Source: Pseudomonas aeruginosa (GTDB taxonomy: Bacteria > Pseudomonadota > Gammaproteobacteria > Pseudomonadales > Pseudomonadaceae). Taken from it: a DNA stretch of 32,000 nucleotides. The notes under the pieces are model-generated. The model did no database searches and was not told the origin of the DNA. It worked only from the letters and a program-made list of their open reading frames with translations. The stretch is taken from the NCBI RefSeq assembly GCF_001457615.1, contig NZ_LN831024.1, positions 3,090,001 through 3,122,000 of the forward strand, in the 5' to 3' direction. This document shows positions 1 to 8,607 of this stretch, one piece after another. Numbering within the stretch: the stretch's first letter is position 1; every line of letters begins with the position of its first letter. A program made the position numbers and the translations under genes.

Positions 1-371
1 CACGCAAGCTGGACTGGGGCGAGTTGCAGGAGCTGACCTGGGTGTTGCAGCAGCACCCCAGCCCGATGCGCGGGATCGTCAACCAGGCCTTCCACAATGC
101 GCGCATCGACCTGCCGAGCAGTATCGTCGAGACCACCTCGATCATGACCCTGCTCTCCCTGCTGCAACAGACCGACATGATCGGCATCACTCCACGCTCG
201 GTGATCGAGGACTACCCGGGCAAGCACCTGCTGGCGATCCTGCCGATCCAGCTGGAGCCGCGCCTGCCGCCCTACGGCCTGATCACCCGACGCAACCGGG
301 TCCACTCCTCGGCCATGCAGACCTTCATGGCCAGCGTACATGCCGAACAGGCGCGGCACCTGGCGAAGTGA
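1..371 (+). CDS. LysR-family transcriptional regulator, C-terminal effector-binding portion (5' end outside window)
   Basis: The frame is open from the window edge (in frame from nt 3) to the TGA at 369-371. The tail (..VETTSIMTLLSLLQQTDMIGITPRSV..YGLITRRNR..) resembles the LTTR substrate-binding domain. GC3 is high. Confidence 0.7.
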   Translation, partial: RKLDWGELQELTWVLQQHPSPMRGIVNQAFHNARIDLPSSIVETTSIMTLLSLLQQTDMIGITPRSVIEDYPGKHLLAILPIQLEPRLPPYGLITRRNRVHSSAMQTFMASVHAEQARHLAK

Positions 372-452
372 GCGGCACTAGCACAAATGAGCTAATAGCC
401 GCGAGCCGGCTGGACCTCTAACATCCTGCGGCATTTCAACGGAGTGAATGCC

Positions 453-929
453 ATGCCCTCGATCAAGCCCTTCGGTCTCGCCCTGCTCGTCCTCGGTCTC
501 AGCGCCTGCGCCTCCCTCGGTCAGTCGGGGAATCGCGACAACGAGGTCAAGGTCGCCGCGCAGAAGCTCATCGGCCAGCCCGCCGGCAAGGCCTTCGAAC
601 TGTTCGGCAAGCCCGACCAGGGCCTCGGCCCTTCGTCCTACGGTAGCGGCGGCTTCTACGCCTGGAACCGCGTGCGGACCCACATGGGGCCGGACAAGGT
701 CTTCATACAGACCGGCACCGAGTACGTCGGCCAGCGCGAGACCTGGGTCGGCGTCGGTGGCCAGGGGGTCGCCGGCATGGCGCCGGTGAGTAGCGAGGCG
801 GTCTATCGCAAGACCGGCTACTACGAGAACGAGACCATCCTCGACTATTTCTGCAGCATCACCCTGTACACCGACAGCCGGGACATCATCACCAACGCCA
901 GTGTGATCGACTGCCGGGACAGCCGCTGA
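453..929 (+). CDS. Putative lipoprotein of unknown function
   Basis: ATG 453 lies 8 nt after GGAG (441-444); the ORF track starts at GTG 444. The N-terminus MPSIKPFGLALLVLGLSAC has a signal peptide plus lipobox (LSAC). Confidence 0.7.
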   Translation: MPSIKPFGLALLVLGLSACASLGQSGNRDNEVKVAAQKLIGQPAGKAFELFGKPDQGLGPSSYGSGGFYAWNRVRTHMGPDKVFIQTGTEYVGQRETWVGVGGQGVAGMAPVSSEAVYRKTGYYENETILDYFCSITLYTDSRDIITNASVIDCRDSR

Positions 930-1045
930 CGGGGCCGCCGGGCCCCGGCCTTCCTTCTCGACGACGAACCCCCGACGCGGAAGCCCTGCGGATCATGGCG
1001 TTACGCTATCGTTTTTTATTTCCTTGAATCCTTGTTTTCATACCT

Positions 1046-1066
1046 CTTATTTCGTCTGGAAATAAG
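1046..1066. promoter_or_regulatory. Perfect 8-bp inverted repeat CTTATTTC-N5-GAAATAAG in an AT-rich promoter region (possible T-N11-A type operator)
   Basis: Read directly: cttatttc gtctg gaaataag. It sits inside the only AT-rich stretch (about 1000-1090) upstream of the binding-protein gene and contains TTTC-N5-GAAA, which fits the LTTR T-N11-A dyad. Confidence 0.3.
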
Positions 1067-1227
1067 ATAGATCGATTCATTCTTTTCTCCCGACCCTTGG
1101 CCCCTGCCAAACTCCCTTCGCCACGGGATACCCCCGCGCCGACATGGCGGCATTCCCATCCGGAATGTCCGCCCCACATTGCAAGGCCCTGATCGTCGAT
1201 CGCGGCCGACAAGGAGCTGGAACTTTC

Positions 1228-2034
1228 ATGAAGAAACTCCCCGCCATCACCGCCCTCGCCCTCGCCCTGATCTCCGGCCTGGCCCAGGCCGACCGCCTGG
1301 AGGACATCCGCAAGGCCGGCGTATTGCGCGTCGCGTCCTTCGACAGCAACCCGCCGTTCGGCTTCGTCGACGCCAAGAGCAAGCAGATCGAAGGCCTCGA
1401 CGTCGACTATGCCAAGGCCCTGGCCGACAAGCTGGGCGTCCGGCTGCAAGTGCTGCCGACCAACCCGGCCAACCGCATCCCGCTGCTGACGGCGAACAAG
1501 GTCGACCTGGTCCTGGCCAACTTCACCATCACCCCGGAGCGTGCGCAGCAGGTGGACTTCAGCATCCCCTACTTCTCCTCCGGCCAGCAGTTCATCGTCA
1601 AGAAAGGCACCCTGACCTCGCCGGAAGTCCTCAACAAGTGGCGGGTCGGCGTGGACAAGGGCACGGTCAACGAAGGCGTGCTGCGCGAGAAGTTCCCCGG
1701 CGCCAAGGTCATCGCCTACGACGACACGCCCTTCGCTTTCACCGCCCTGCGCAACGGCCAGGTCCAGGCCATCACCCAGGACGGTCCGAAGCTGATCGGC
1801 CTGCTGGCCAACGTGCCCGACCGCGACAAGTACGAAGTGCCGCCCTTCACCATTTCCAACGACCTGATCGGCGTCGGTATTCCCAAGGGCGAGAAGGCCC
1901 TGACCGAGTTCGTCGACAAGAGCCTGCGCGAGCTGGAGCAGGACGGCCAGGCGCAGAAGATCTACGACACCTGGTTCGGTCCGCAGACCAAGACCCCGCT
2001 GGCGCGCCTGTACAAGATCGGCGACAAGAGCTGA
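1228..2034 (+). CDS. Polar amino-acid ABC transporter periplasmic substrate-binding protein (family 3 SBP)
   Basis: ATG 1228 is preceded by AAGGAG (1211-1216). Signal peptide MKKLPAITALALALISGLAQA. Typical SBP_bac_3 motifs are present (LRVASFDSNPPFGF, DLVLANFTITPERAQQVDFSIPYF). Confidence 0.9.
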   Translation: MKKLPAITALALALISGLAQADRLEDIRKAGVLRVASFDSNPPFGFVDAKSKQIEGLDVDYAKALADKLGVRLQVLPTNPANRIPLLTANKVDLVLANFTITPERAQQVDFSIPYFSSGQQFIVKKGTLTSPEVLNKWRVGVDKGTVNEGVLREKFPGAKVIAYDDTPFAFTALRNGQVQAITQDGPKLIGLLANVPDRDKYEVPPFTISNDLIGVGIPKGEKALTEFVDKSLRELEQDGQAQKIYDTWFGPQTKTPLARLYKIGDKS

Positions 2035-2060
2035 GCGGCCCGCTTCGCCCGCACGACCCG

Positions 2061-2089
2061 CGCGCCTCACTTCGCTGAGGCGCGTTTTT
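2061..2089 (+). terminator. Intra-operon hairpin plus T-tract (attenuating terminator between binding-protein and permease genes)
   Basis: cgcgcctca-cttcgc-tgaggcgcg followed by ttttt, 27 nt after the SBP stop codon. Confidence 0.5.
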
Positions 2090-2114
2090 CGTTCTACCCG
2101 ACGGAATCCCGCAC

Positions 2115-2831
2115 ATGTTCGGCGAACTTCTCGCCCCGCAGTACCTGCGCTGGTTGCTCGACGGCTTCCTGCTGACCCTCGGTCTTGCCCTGCTCAGTTG
2201 CCTGCTCGCCACCCTGATCGGCGCCCCCCTGGCCATCGCCCGGCTGTCGCGCCGGCGCCTGCTGTCCTGGCCGGCGCGCGCCTACCTGGCGCTGTTCCGC
2301 AATACCCCGCTGCTGGTGCAGCTGTTCTTCTGGTACTTCGGCGTTCCCGCGCTGCTGCCGGAGGCGCTGGTGAGCTGGCTGAACACGCCGCACGAGACGC
2401 CCTTGCTCGACTGGCCGTCCTTCGAGTTCCTCGCCGGTGCCTGGGGGCTGACCCTCTATACCTCGGCTTTCGTCGCCGAGGAGTTCCGCGCCGGCATCGC
2501 CTCGGTACGCCCCGAGCAGCGCGCCGCCGGCCTCGCCCTGGGGCTGACCCAGCGCCAGGTATGGCGCGTGGTGGTGCTGCCGCAGGCCCTGCGCACGGCT
2601 CTGCCGCCGCTGCTCGGGCAGTACATGAATGCGCTGAAGAACTCCTCGCTGGCGATGGCCATCGGCCTGGCCGAGCTGTCCTACGCTTCGCGCCAGGTGG
2701 AAACCGAGACCTTCAAGACCTTCCAGGCCTTCGGCATCGCCACCCTTCTCTACATCGGCGCCATCGCCCTGATCGAAGCCTTCGGCCAGGCGTTGCAGCA
2801 GACCCGCCGCTACCGCCAGGGAGGTGCGTGA
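2115..2831 (+). CDS. Amino-acid ABC transporter permease (His/Glu/Gln/Arg/opine family)
   Basis: 238 aa, multi-TM, with the characteristic FRNTPLLVQLFFWYF motif and EAA-like loop (ASVRPEQRAAGLALGLT). Confidence 0.9.
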   Translation: MFGELLAPQYLRWLLDGFLLTLGLALLSCLLATLIGAPLAIARLSRRRLLSWPARAYLALFRNTPLLVQLFFWYFGVPALLPEALVSWLNTPHETPLLDWPSFEFLAGAWGLTLYTSAFVAEEFRAGIASVRPEQRAAGLALGLTQRQVWRVVVLPQALRTALPPLLGQYMNALKNSSLAMAIGLAELSYASRQVETETFKTFQAFGIATLLYIGAIALIEAFGQALQQTRRYRQGGA

Positions 2832-2832
2832 G

Positions 2833-3510
2833 ATGGATTTCTCGGTCATCTCGGACAACCTGTCCTACCTGCTGCTCGGCGCCTACCCGGACGGCCCGCT
2901 CGGCGGAGCGGCGCTGACCCTGCTGCTGGCGTCGCTCTCCGGACTGGCTTCGGCGGTGCTCGGCCTGGTCCTCGGCGTGGCCCTCGCGGTGCTGCCCGGC
3001 AAGCCGCGCCTGCTGCTGGTGGCGCTGCTCGGCTTCTTCCGCGCGATCCCGGTGCTGATGCTGATCTTCTGGACCTACTTCCTGCTGCCGATCGTCTTCC
3101 ATGTCGACGTACCGGCGCTGGCCACCGTGGTCTGCGCGCTGTCGCTGATCGGCGGCGCCTACCTCGCCCACTCGGTGTACGCCGGCATCCACAGCCTCCC
3201 CGCCGGGCAGTGGGCGGCCGCCCGCGCGCTCGGACTGCGGCCGTGGCAGGTATTGCGCCTGGTGATCCTGCCGCAGGCGCTGCCGGTGATGCTGCCATCC
3301 TTCCTCAACCAGTGGGTGTCGCTGATCAAGGACACTTCCCTGGCCTACGTGATCGGCGTCGGCGAGCTGTCCTTCGTCGCCACCCAGGTGAGCAACCGGG
3401 TGATGGTCCACCCGACGGAGATCTTCCTGTTCGTCGCCCTGCTCTACTTCCTGCTCTGCACCAGCCTCGACCTGGCCGCCGCGTTCCTCGCCCGCCGCCG
3501 GCGGGCCTGA
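2833..3510 (+). CDS. Amino-acid ABC transporter permease, second subunit
   Basis: ATG 2833 lies 9 nt after GGGAGG; the ORF track lists GTG 2824. Motifs FFRAIPVLMLIFWTYF and GQWAAARALGL. The stop/start region abuts the upstream permease. Confidence 0.9.
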   Translation: MDFSVISDNLSYLLLGAYPDGPLGGAALTLLLASLSGLASAVLGLVLGVALAVLPGKPRLLLVALLGFFRAIPVLMLIFWTYFLLPIVFHVDVPALATVVCALSLIGGAYLAHSVYAGIHSLPAGQWAAARALGLRPWQVLRLVILPQALPVMLPSFLNQWVSLIKDTSLAYVIGVGELSFVATQVSNRVMVHPTEIFLFVALLYFLLCTSLDLAAAFLARRRRA

Positions 3511-3525
3511 GCGTCGGCCGGTGGC

Positions 3526-4410
3526 TCAGGCGTCGCCGCGCGCCCGCGCGTAGTCGACCAGGTCGCCGAGGTAATGCGGCGAGGCGCGCAGGACGCCATC
3601 GTCCCAGCCGTAGAGCACACCCAGCGCCGACACCTCCATGGCCCACCAGCCCCAGGCGTAGGGGCCGGTCAGGCGGCGGGTCTTCTTCTGCGCCTTGGGG
3701 GAAAGCTGGAAGAACTCCCGGTACTGGCTTTGCAGGTAAGGCGCCAGCGCCTGGGCGTCGCTGCCGTCCGCCTCTTCGAAGAACGCCCGCAACTGCCCGA
3801 ACGGCCGTGGATGGAAGGTTTCCTCGCTGGCGGAAGTCAGGCCGAGGGCGGCCGCGCCGAGATAGTCGAGCAGGCGGTCGGTATCGAACTGCAGGACCTC
3901 CTCGACCAGCGCCGGGATGAGCTCCTGGGCATCGAGCAGCACGCCCATGGCGAGCAGTTGCAGCGCGAACGGATACTGGCCTGTGCGCGGCGCCAGGGCC
4001 GGCGCCGTCTCGAAGTCGACCTCGCCCTGCTCGCGCAGGCTGTCGCGGGCGGCGCCGAGCAGCCGGCTGTAGTCCAGCCACAGCGCGGCGGTCTCCAGGT
4101 AGATGGAGCGCAGTTCGGCGCCGGCCAGGCCCCGGTCGATGGCCTTGAGCAGCAGCGTACTGGCGTTTTCCGCGGCCTGGCCCCAGGCCCAGGCGTTTTC
4201 CAGGGCTGCGTGCCCTTGCGCGGCGAACGGCTGGCGATAGCCGTGGCTCCGGGAAAACCTGTCGAGCGCGGCGATCAGTTCGCGCCAGTCGGCTTTCCAG
4301 TCGGCGAGGTCGATGTTCCTTCGCGGCGCCCGGTCGGTGCGGGCCAGGTTGCGCCATAGCGGCAGGGCTTCGGCGAGTCGGTTGTCCAGGGTGAGGGGGA
4401 ATGCGTGCAT
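3526..4410 (-). CDS. PoNi-like protein (DUF1910/DUF1911 two-domain fold), putative orphan nuclease-immunity protein
   Basis: 294-aa ORF with high GC3. The sequence matches what I recall as PAO1 PA2201, the structural founder of the DUF1910/DUF1911 families later named PoNi immunity domains. The C-terminal signature WGWWAMEVSALGVLYGWDD..HYLGDLV is present. The family call is from memory, not a search. Confidence 0.65.
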   Translation of the reverse strand: MHAFPLTLDNRLAEALPLWRNLARTDRAPRRNIDLADWKADWRELIAALDRFSRSHGYRQPFAAQGHAALENAWAWGQAAENASTLLLKAIDRGLAGAELRSIYLETAALWLDYSRLLGAARDSLREQGEVDFETAPALAPRTGQYPFALQLLAMGVLLDAQELIPALVEEVLQFDTDRLLDYLGAAALGLTSASEETFHPRPFGQLRAFFEEADGSDAQALAPYLQSQYREFFQLSPKAQKKTRRLTGPYAWGWWAMEVSALGVLYGWDDGVLRASPHYLGDLVDYARARGDA

Positions 4411-4534
4411 GGCGGCCTGTGGTGATCGCGGCCGTTTCCGGCCGTTCCGTGCGATCCGGAGTGCGGCCGTCCAGGCCGCATCCGGTATGGACGGCCGATG
4501 CTAGCGCAGCGTGGTGCCCCGCGGAAGGTCCGTT

Positions 4535-6130
4535 CTAGCGGTCCGCCGGCTGGTTCCGGTAGTAGTCGAGGAAGGCCTCCAGCGGCAGTGCCTTGCCGAA
4601 ATGCCAGCCCTGGCCGAGGGCCTCGGGCGAGCGGCGCAGCACGTGGTCGGCCTGGGCCTGTGTCTCGATCCCTTCGACGACCACGCCGATCTCCAGGTGC
4701 TCGGCCATCGAGCAGAGCTTGTCGAAGATCAGTTCGACGGCGCTGCTGTCGCCGATGGACTGAGTGAAGACCTTGTCGATCTTGATCGCGTCTACCGGCA
4801 GGTTGGCCAGGTAGACCAGGTTCGAATGACCGGTGCCGAAATCGTCCACGTAGATCTTCAGGCCGAGTTCGCGCAGGCGGTTCATCCCGGCCAGCAGGCA
4901 GCCCTGGGCCTCGGTGGTGCGCTCGGTCAGTTCCAGCGCGACCTGTTCCGGGCGCACGCTTTCCCTGGCCATCTGGCGCATGGCGAAATCGATGAAACCG
5001 GGGTCGGCGATGTCCTTGCCGGTGACGTTGACGCTGACGTAGAAGCTCCGCTGCTCCCTCAGCAACGGCCCGAGCTGCTTCAGGGCGCGGCGGAAGACGA
5101 AACGGGTCAGCAGTTCGATGTCGCCGCTCTCCTCCAGGGCGCCGATGAAGACATCCGGGGAAACCCGCCCCAGGCTGCTATCGGTCCAGCGCGCCAGGGC
5201 CTCGACCCCGGCGCAGCGGCCGCTGGCCAGGCGCACGATGGGCTGGTAGTGCACCTCCAGGGCCTCGCGCTTCAACGCGCGCAGCAGCCTGGCCGGCAGT
5301 TTTTCGTCGTTGAGGAAGCCGAACAGGTAGCTGAGCAGCAGCATGACGCCGAACAACAGCCCGCCGCCGATCGCCGCGGCCATGGCCGCGCGTCCGGGCT
5401 CGGTGCCAAGCAGGCCGCGTTCGCGGAGAAGGGAGACCACGCAGATGTCCTGCGTCGGGTCGCACAGGCTTATCTGCCGGGCACCGATGAAGCGCGGCCA
5501 GCCGGGCCGGTCGAGCGCCTCGAGGGGCTGGTCGTCGTCCCAGGCGAAACGGTGGTAGATGTAGTCGCCGCCACTGCTGACGGCCGCCGCCGAGATGCCC
5601 GGGTCCGGGTGGTCGACATCGAAATAGGCGTGCGGGGCAATGAATACGACGGCGTTGCCGCGACTGACCAGTCCGGTGGGCAACGCCTGCAACGGCAGGG
5701 GCATGCCCTCCGTCCAGAAGCGGGTGCCGGCGGCATCTACCCGGTCGGGCGCGGACAATCCCCAGGGCGCGCGCAGCCGGCCCCGGACGCCCGTGCACAT
5801 GACCCGGTCGCCGCTGATCCTGCCAACGTCGCTCATGAAGCGCGACTCGAGCACGATGGAACGCAGCATTTCCAGGTCCTGGTCGCTGCAGGCCGGCGCG
5901 CTGCCGGCGTTCATCTCGCGGAGCATCTGGTCCGCCGCGGAGGAAATCTCCAGTGCCCGCTCCAGCGCCCTCTCGGTGTACGAGCGCAGGTGCGCGCCGT
6001 CGTGCTGGCGATCCAGTTCGTTGATGACGAAGATCCCACAGACACCGCCCACCAGGGTGGTGGTGAGCAGTATCGGCAGGATGCGTCGCCAGTTGATCCG
6101 GCCTTCTGCAGCCGTTCCACGCTCGGACAT
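4535..6130 (-). CDS. Membrane-bound c-di-GMP phosphodiesterase with CSS-motif-type periplasmic sensor and EAL domain
   Basis: 531 aa. It has an N-terminal TM segment, a periplasmic region with paired Cys (ACSDQD, VMCTG) and a second TM segment. The EAL domain motifs are YQPIV, EALARW, ELTER, DDFGTG and EGIET. Confidence 0.9.
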   Translation of the reverse strand: MSERGTAAEGRINWRRILPILLTTTLVGGVCGIFVINELDRQHDGAHLRSYTERALERALEISSAADQMLREMNAGSAPACSDQDLEMLRSIVLESRFMSDVGRISGDRVMCTGVRGRLRAPWGLSAPDRVDAAGTRFWTEGMPLPLQALPTGLVSRGNAVVFIAPHAYFDVDHPDPGISAAAVSSGGDYIYHRFAWDDDQPLEALDRPGWPRFIGARQISLCDPTQDICVVSLLRERGLLGTEPGRAAMAAAIGGGLLFGVMLLLSYLFGFLNDEKLPARLLRALKREALEVHYQPIVRLASGRCAGVEALARWTDSSLGRVSPDVFIGALEESGDIELLTRFVFRRALKQLGPLLREQRSFYVSVNVTGKDIADPGFIDFAMRQMARESVRPEQVALELTERTTEAQGCLLAGMNRLRELGLKIYVDDFGTGHSNLVYLANLPVDAIKIDKVFTQSIGDSSAVELIFDKLCSMAEHLEIGVVVEGIETQAQADHVLRRSPEALGQGWHFGKALPLEAFLDYYRNQPADR

Positions 6131-6217
6131 ACCTTCTTCCGCCTAATGAATCCATGGAAAGCACGCCAGATTGCCGAACAGCTTCACGGGCCCTGCCGGG
6201 CCGTGCGCAGAACCTTT

Positions 6218-7093
6218 TCAGATTTGTCCCGATCGTGACAACGCTACCTTCGCCAGCGCCGTCCAGTCCGATTCCCCGTCGCCATGGGCGATGGCTTCGA
6301 GCAACACGTCGTGCAACAGGCTGGCCAGCGGCAGCGGCACGTTGTGGCGCTTGCCGGCGGACAGCGCCAGGTCGACATCCTTCAACCCGAGGACCAGGCG
6401 GAACCTGGCCGGGGTGAAACGCTGCTCGACGATCTGCGGGCCGTAGTTGCGATAGACAGGCGCATCGAAAAGCGTCGAGGACATGAGCTCCATGAACCGG
6501 CCGGGCTCGACGCCCAGGCGCTTCACCAGAGCGACGCTTTCGCCCATGCTTTCGATGGCGCTGGCGATCATGAAGTTACCAGAGATCTTCACCGCCATTG
6601 CCCCGCGCGGGTCTTTTCCGAAAAACCATGTCTTCTGTCCCATAATTTCCAGCAGCGCCTTGACTTGCTCGATGGCCTCCTCCGGACCGCCGACGACGAT
6701 GTTCAGCTTGCCGGCCTCCGCCACGTCGGTGCGGCCGAACACCGGCGCGGCGACGAACGCGAGGCCCTGGCGCTGGTGCGCCTGGTCGAGCGCCTCGACG
6801 CAATCGAGCGACAGGGTCGACATGCTCAGGTGGATGAGACCCGGCCTCGCCCGTTCGAGCGCGCCGCTGTCGAGCAGCACGCCGCGAATCGCCTGGTCGT
6901 CCGCCAGCATGCTGATGACCACGTCGAGGCCGAACAGCTCGCCGACCTCCTCCGCCCTGGCAGCGCCCAGCGCCACCAGGGGCTCGCAGGCCGCCGCGGA
7001 ACGGTTCCACACCGTCACTTCGAGCCCCGCCTGCACCAGGCGGGTGGCCATGGCGGCGCCCATGCCGCCCAGGCCCAGAAATCCGACTTTCAT
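6218..7093 (-). CDS. NAD(P)-dependent beta-hydroxyacid dehydrogenase (3-hydroxyisobutyrate / 6-phosphogluconate dehydrogenase-like)
   Basis: True start is ATG 7093 (MKVGFLGLGGMGAAMA, Rossmann GxGxxG) after GAGGAG. The 460-aa track ORF is an artefactual upstream extension. Confidence 0.9.
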   Translation of the reverse strand: MKVGFLGLGGMGAAMATRLVQAGLEVTVWNRSAAACEPLVALGAARAEEVGELFGLDVVISMLADDQAIRGVLLDSGALERARPGLIHLSMSTLSLDCVEALDQAHQRQGLAFVAAPVFGRTDVAEAGKLNIVVGGPEEAIEQVKALLEIMGQKTWFFGKDPRGAMAVKISGNFMIASAIESMGESVALVKRLGVEPGRFMELMSSTLFDAPVYRNYGPQIVEQRFTPARFRLVLGLKDVDLALSAGKRHNVPLPLASLLHDVLLEAIAHGDGESDWTALAKVALSRSGQI

Positions 7094-7098
7094 CCGTT

Positions 7099-7443
7099 TC
7101 ACTCCTCGTGGGGTCTTGTAGGTTCCGGATCTACCGGAGACAGGCTGGCCGCTGGCAGTTCCTCGAGGAGGAACACCTGGCGGTCCGCCAGGAGATCGGC
7201 GACGGCATCGGCCATCGCCCTGTAGTGCGGCATCCGTCGGTGCCGCTCGATGGCGTCGCGGTCGGCCCAGCGCTCGACGAAGACGAAGCGCCCGGCCTCG
7301 TCGAGGCTCCGGTGCAGGACATAGGACAGGCAGCCGTCCTCGGCCCGCGACGGCTGCACGCAGGCCAGCAGCAGCCGCTCGACCTCCGCCGCCCTGCCCT
7401 CGCGCGCCTGCAACAGCGCTACCACACGGACCGCCTGGTTCAT
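7099..7443 (-). CDS. Antibiotic-biosynthesis-monooxygenase (ABM) fold protein
   Basis: 114 aa starting MNQAVRVVALLQAREG.., an ABM/ferredoxin-like pattern (..FVFVERWADRDAIERH..). Its ATG overlaps the upstream stop as ATGA (7440-7443). Confidence 0.8.
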   Translation of the reverse strand: MNQAVRVVALLQAREGRAAEVERLLLACVQPSRAEDGCLSYVLHRSLDEAGRFVFVERWADRDAIERHRRMPHYRAMADAVADLLADRQVFLLEELPAASLSPVDPEPTRPHEE

Positions 7444-8477
7444 GCGTCGGCTCCGACGCGCACCACCAGCTTGCCGAAATTGCGTCCCTGGAGCAGGCCG
7501 AAGAAGGCCTCGGGGGCATTCTCCAGGCCGTCGACCCGCTCTTCGCGGTACTGGATGAGGCCGTCGGCGAACCACTTCGACATGTCGCGCTGGAATTCAT
7601 CGTAGCGATGGCCGTAGTCGTCGAAGATGATGAAGCCCTGCACCTTGATGCGCTTGCGCAGGATCGTGCCCATCAGCGCCGGCAAGCGGTCCGGCCCGGG
7701 TGGCAGCTCGGTGTCGTTGTAGTGGGCGACGATGCCGCAGACCGGGATCCGGGCCTTGGCGTTGAGCAGCGGGAAGACGGCGTCGAAGACCTTGCCGCCG
7801 ACGTTCTCGTAATAGATGTCGATGCCGTCCGGGCAGGCCTCGGCCAGTCGTTCGGCGAAGTCCGCGGCATGGTGGTCGAGGCAGGCATCGAAGCCGAGCA
7901 CCTGCACGGCGTGGCGGCATTTTTCCGCACCGCCGGCGACGCCGACCACCCGGCAGCCCTTGAGCTTGCCGATCTGTCCGACGGTGGCGCCGACCGGCCC
8001 GGTGGCGGCGGCCACCACCAGGGTCTCGCCGGCCTGGGGCTTGCCGATGTCGAGCAGGCCCATGTAGGCGGTGAAGCCGGGCATGCCGAGCAGGCCCAGG
8101 GCGTAGGACGGATGCTCCGGCGACTCGCCCAGGCGCGCCAGGCCGCTGCCGTCGGATAGCGCGTAGTCCTGCCAGCCGTTGGCCGAGAGTACCCAGTCGC
8201 CGACCTTGAACCCGGGATGGTTCGAGGCTTCCACCCGGCTGACCGTGCCGCCGACCATGACCGCGCCGAGTTCCACCGGCGGCGCGTAGGACGGCGCGTC
8301 GCTCATCCGTCCGCGCATGTAGGGATCGAGCGACAGGTAGACGGTGCGCAGCAGCACCTGGCCCGCGCCGGGCTCAGGAAGCGGAACCTGCTCGATGCGG
8401 AAGTTATCCCGGGTCGGGGCGCCGTGGGGGCGCGAGGCGAGGACGATGCGGCGGTTGACCTGCGTGGATTGGGACAT
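7440..8477 (-). CDS. NADP-dependent enone/alkenal oxidoreductase of the MDR superfamily (YncB/CurA/PTGR1-like)
   Basis: 345 aa. N-terminus NRRIVLASRPHGAPTRDNFRIEQVPLPEP..LSLDPYMRGRM. Cofactor motif AAATGPVGATVGQIGK. Confidence 0.9.
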   Translation of the reverse strand: MSQSTQVNRRIVLASRPHGAPTRDNFRIEQVPLPEPGAGQVLLRTVYLSLDPYMRGRMSDAPSYAPPVELGAVMVGGTVSRVEASNHPGFKVGDWVLSANGWQDYALSDGSGLARLGESPEHPSYALGLLGMPGFTAYMGLLDIGKPQAGETLVVAAATGPVGATVGQIGKLKGCRVVGVAGGAEKCRHAVQVLGFDACLDHHAADFAERLAEACPDGIDIYYENVGGKVFDAVFPLLNAKARIPVCGIVAHYNDTELPPGPDRLPALMGTILRKRIKVQGFIIFDDYGHRYDEFQRDMSKWFADGLIQYREERVDGLENAPEAFFGLLQGRNFGKLVVRVGADA

Positions 8478-8532
8478 TTCCAGACTCCTCTGTCTGACGA
8501 ATGTGGCGAACGGCTCATACCGTGCGCCGGGC

Positions 8533-8546
8533 GAATTAGACCAGTC
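8533..8546. promoter_or_regulatory. Putative TetR operator, copy 1 (upstream of the oxidoreductase operon)
   Basis: The 14-mer gaattagaccagtc is identical to 9210-9223. It lies 56-69 nt upstream of start codon 8477 and is embedded in the dyad accagtca-N5-tgacgggt. Confidence 0.5.
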
Positions 8547-8562
8547 AACTACTGACGGGTCG

Positions 8563-8595
8563 AAAAAATACCCGCCTCTCGCGGGGCGGGTATTT
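8563..8595 (-). terminator. Rho-independent terminator of the TetR gene
   Basis: On the minus strand: aaatacccgcc-loop-ggcgggtattt followed by a T6 run, beginning 13 nt after stop 8608. Confidence 0.7.
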
Positions 8596-8607
8596 CCTGG
8601 CGGTACC

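Noticed and set aside
1095-1115. Possible sigma-54 promoter (ttggcccctgccaaac) upstream of the ABC operon
   Set aside because: The spacing between the GG and GC elements does not fit TGGCAC-N5-TTGC when aligned base by base.
4455-4490. Imperfect GC-rich palindrome (ccggagtgcggcc-gtcca-ggccgcatccgg) between the EAL and PoNi-like genes, considered as a REP element or terminator
   Set aside because: It is a single copy in the window, the stem is bulged, and it has no T-tract. It may be a weak terminator or stabiliser, but I cannot support a specific call.
6218-7600. N-terminally extended track ORFs (6218-7600, 9346-11265, 15190-16113, 20567-22132, 21016-23262, 25175-27517, 12585-14507 and others)
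   Set aside because: The extensions are low-complexity and run through upstream genes or intergenic DNA. Internal ATGs with proper Shine-Dalgarno sequences and canonical protein N-termini (Rossmann folds, signal peptides, the known ExoY, HcnB and HcnC starts) define the real starts.
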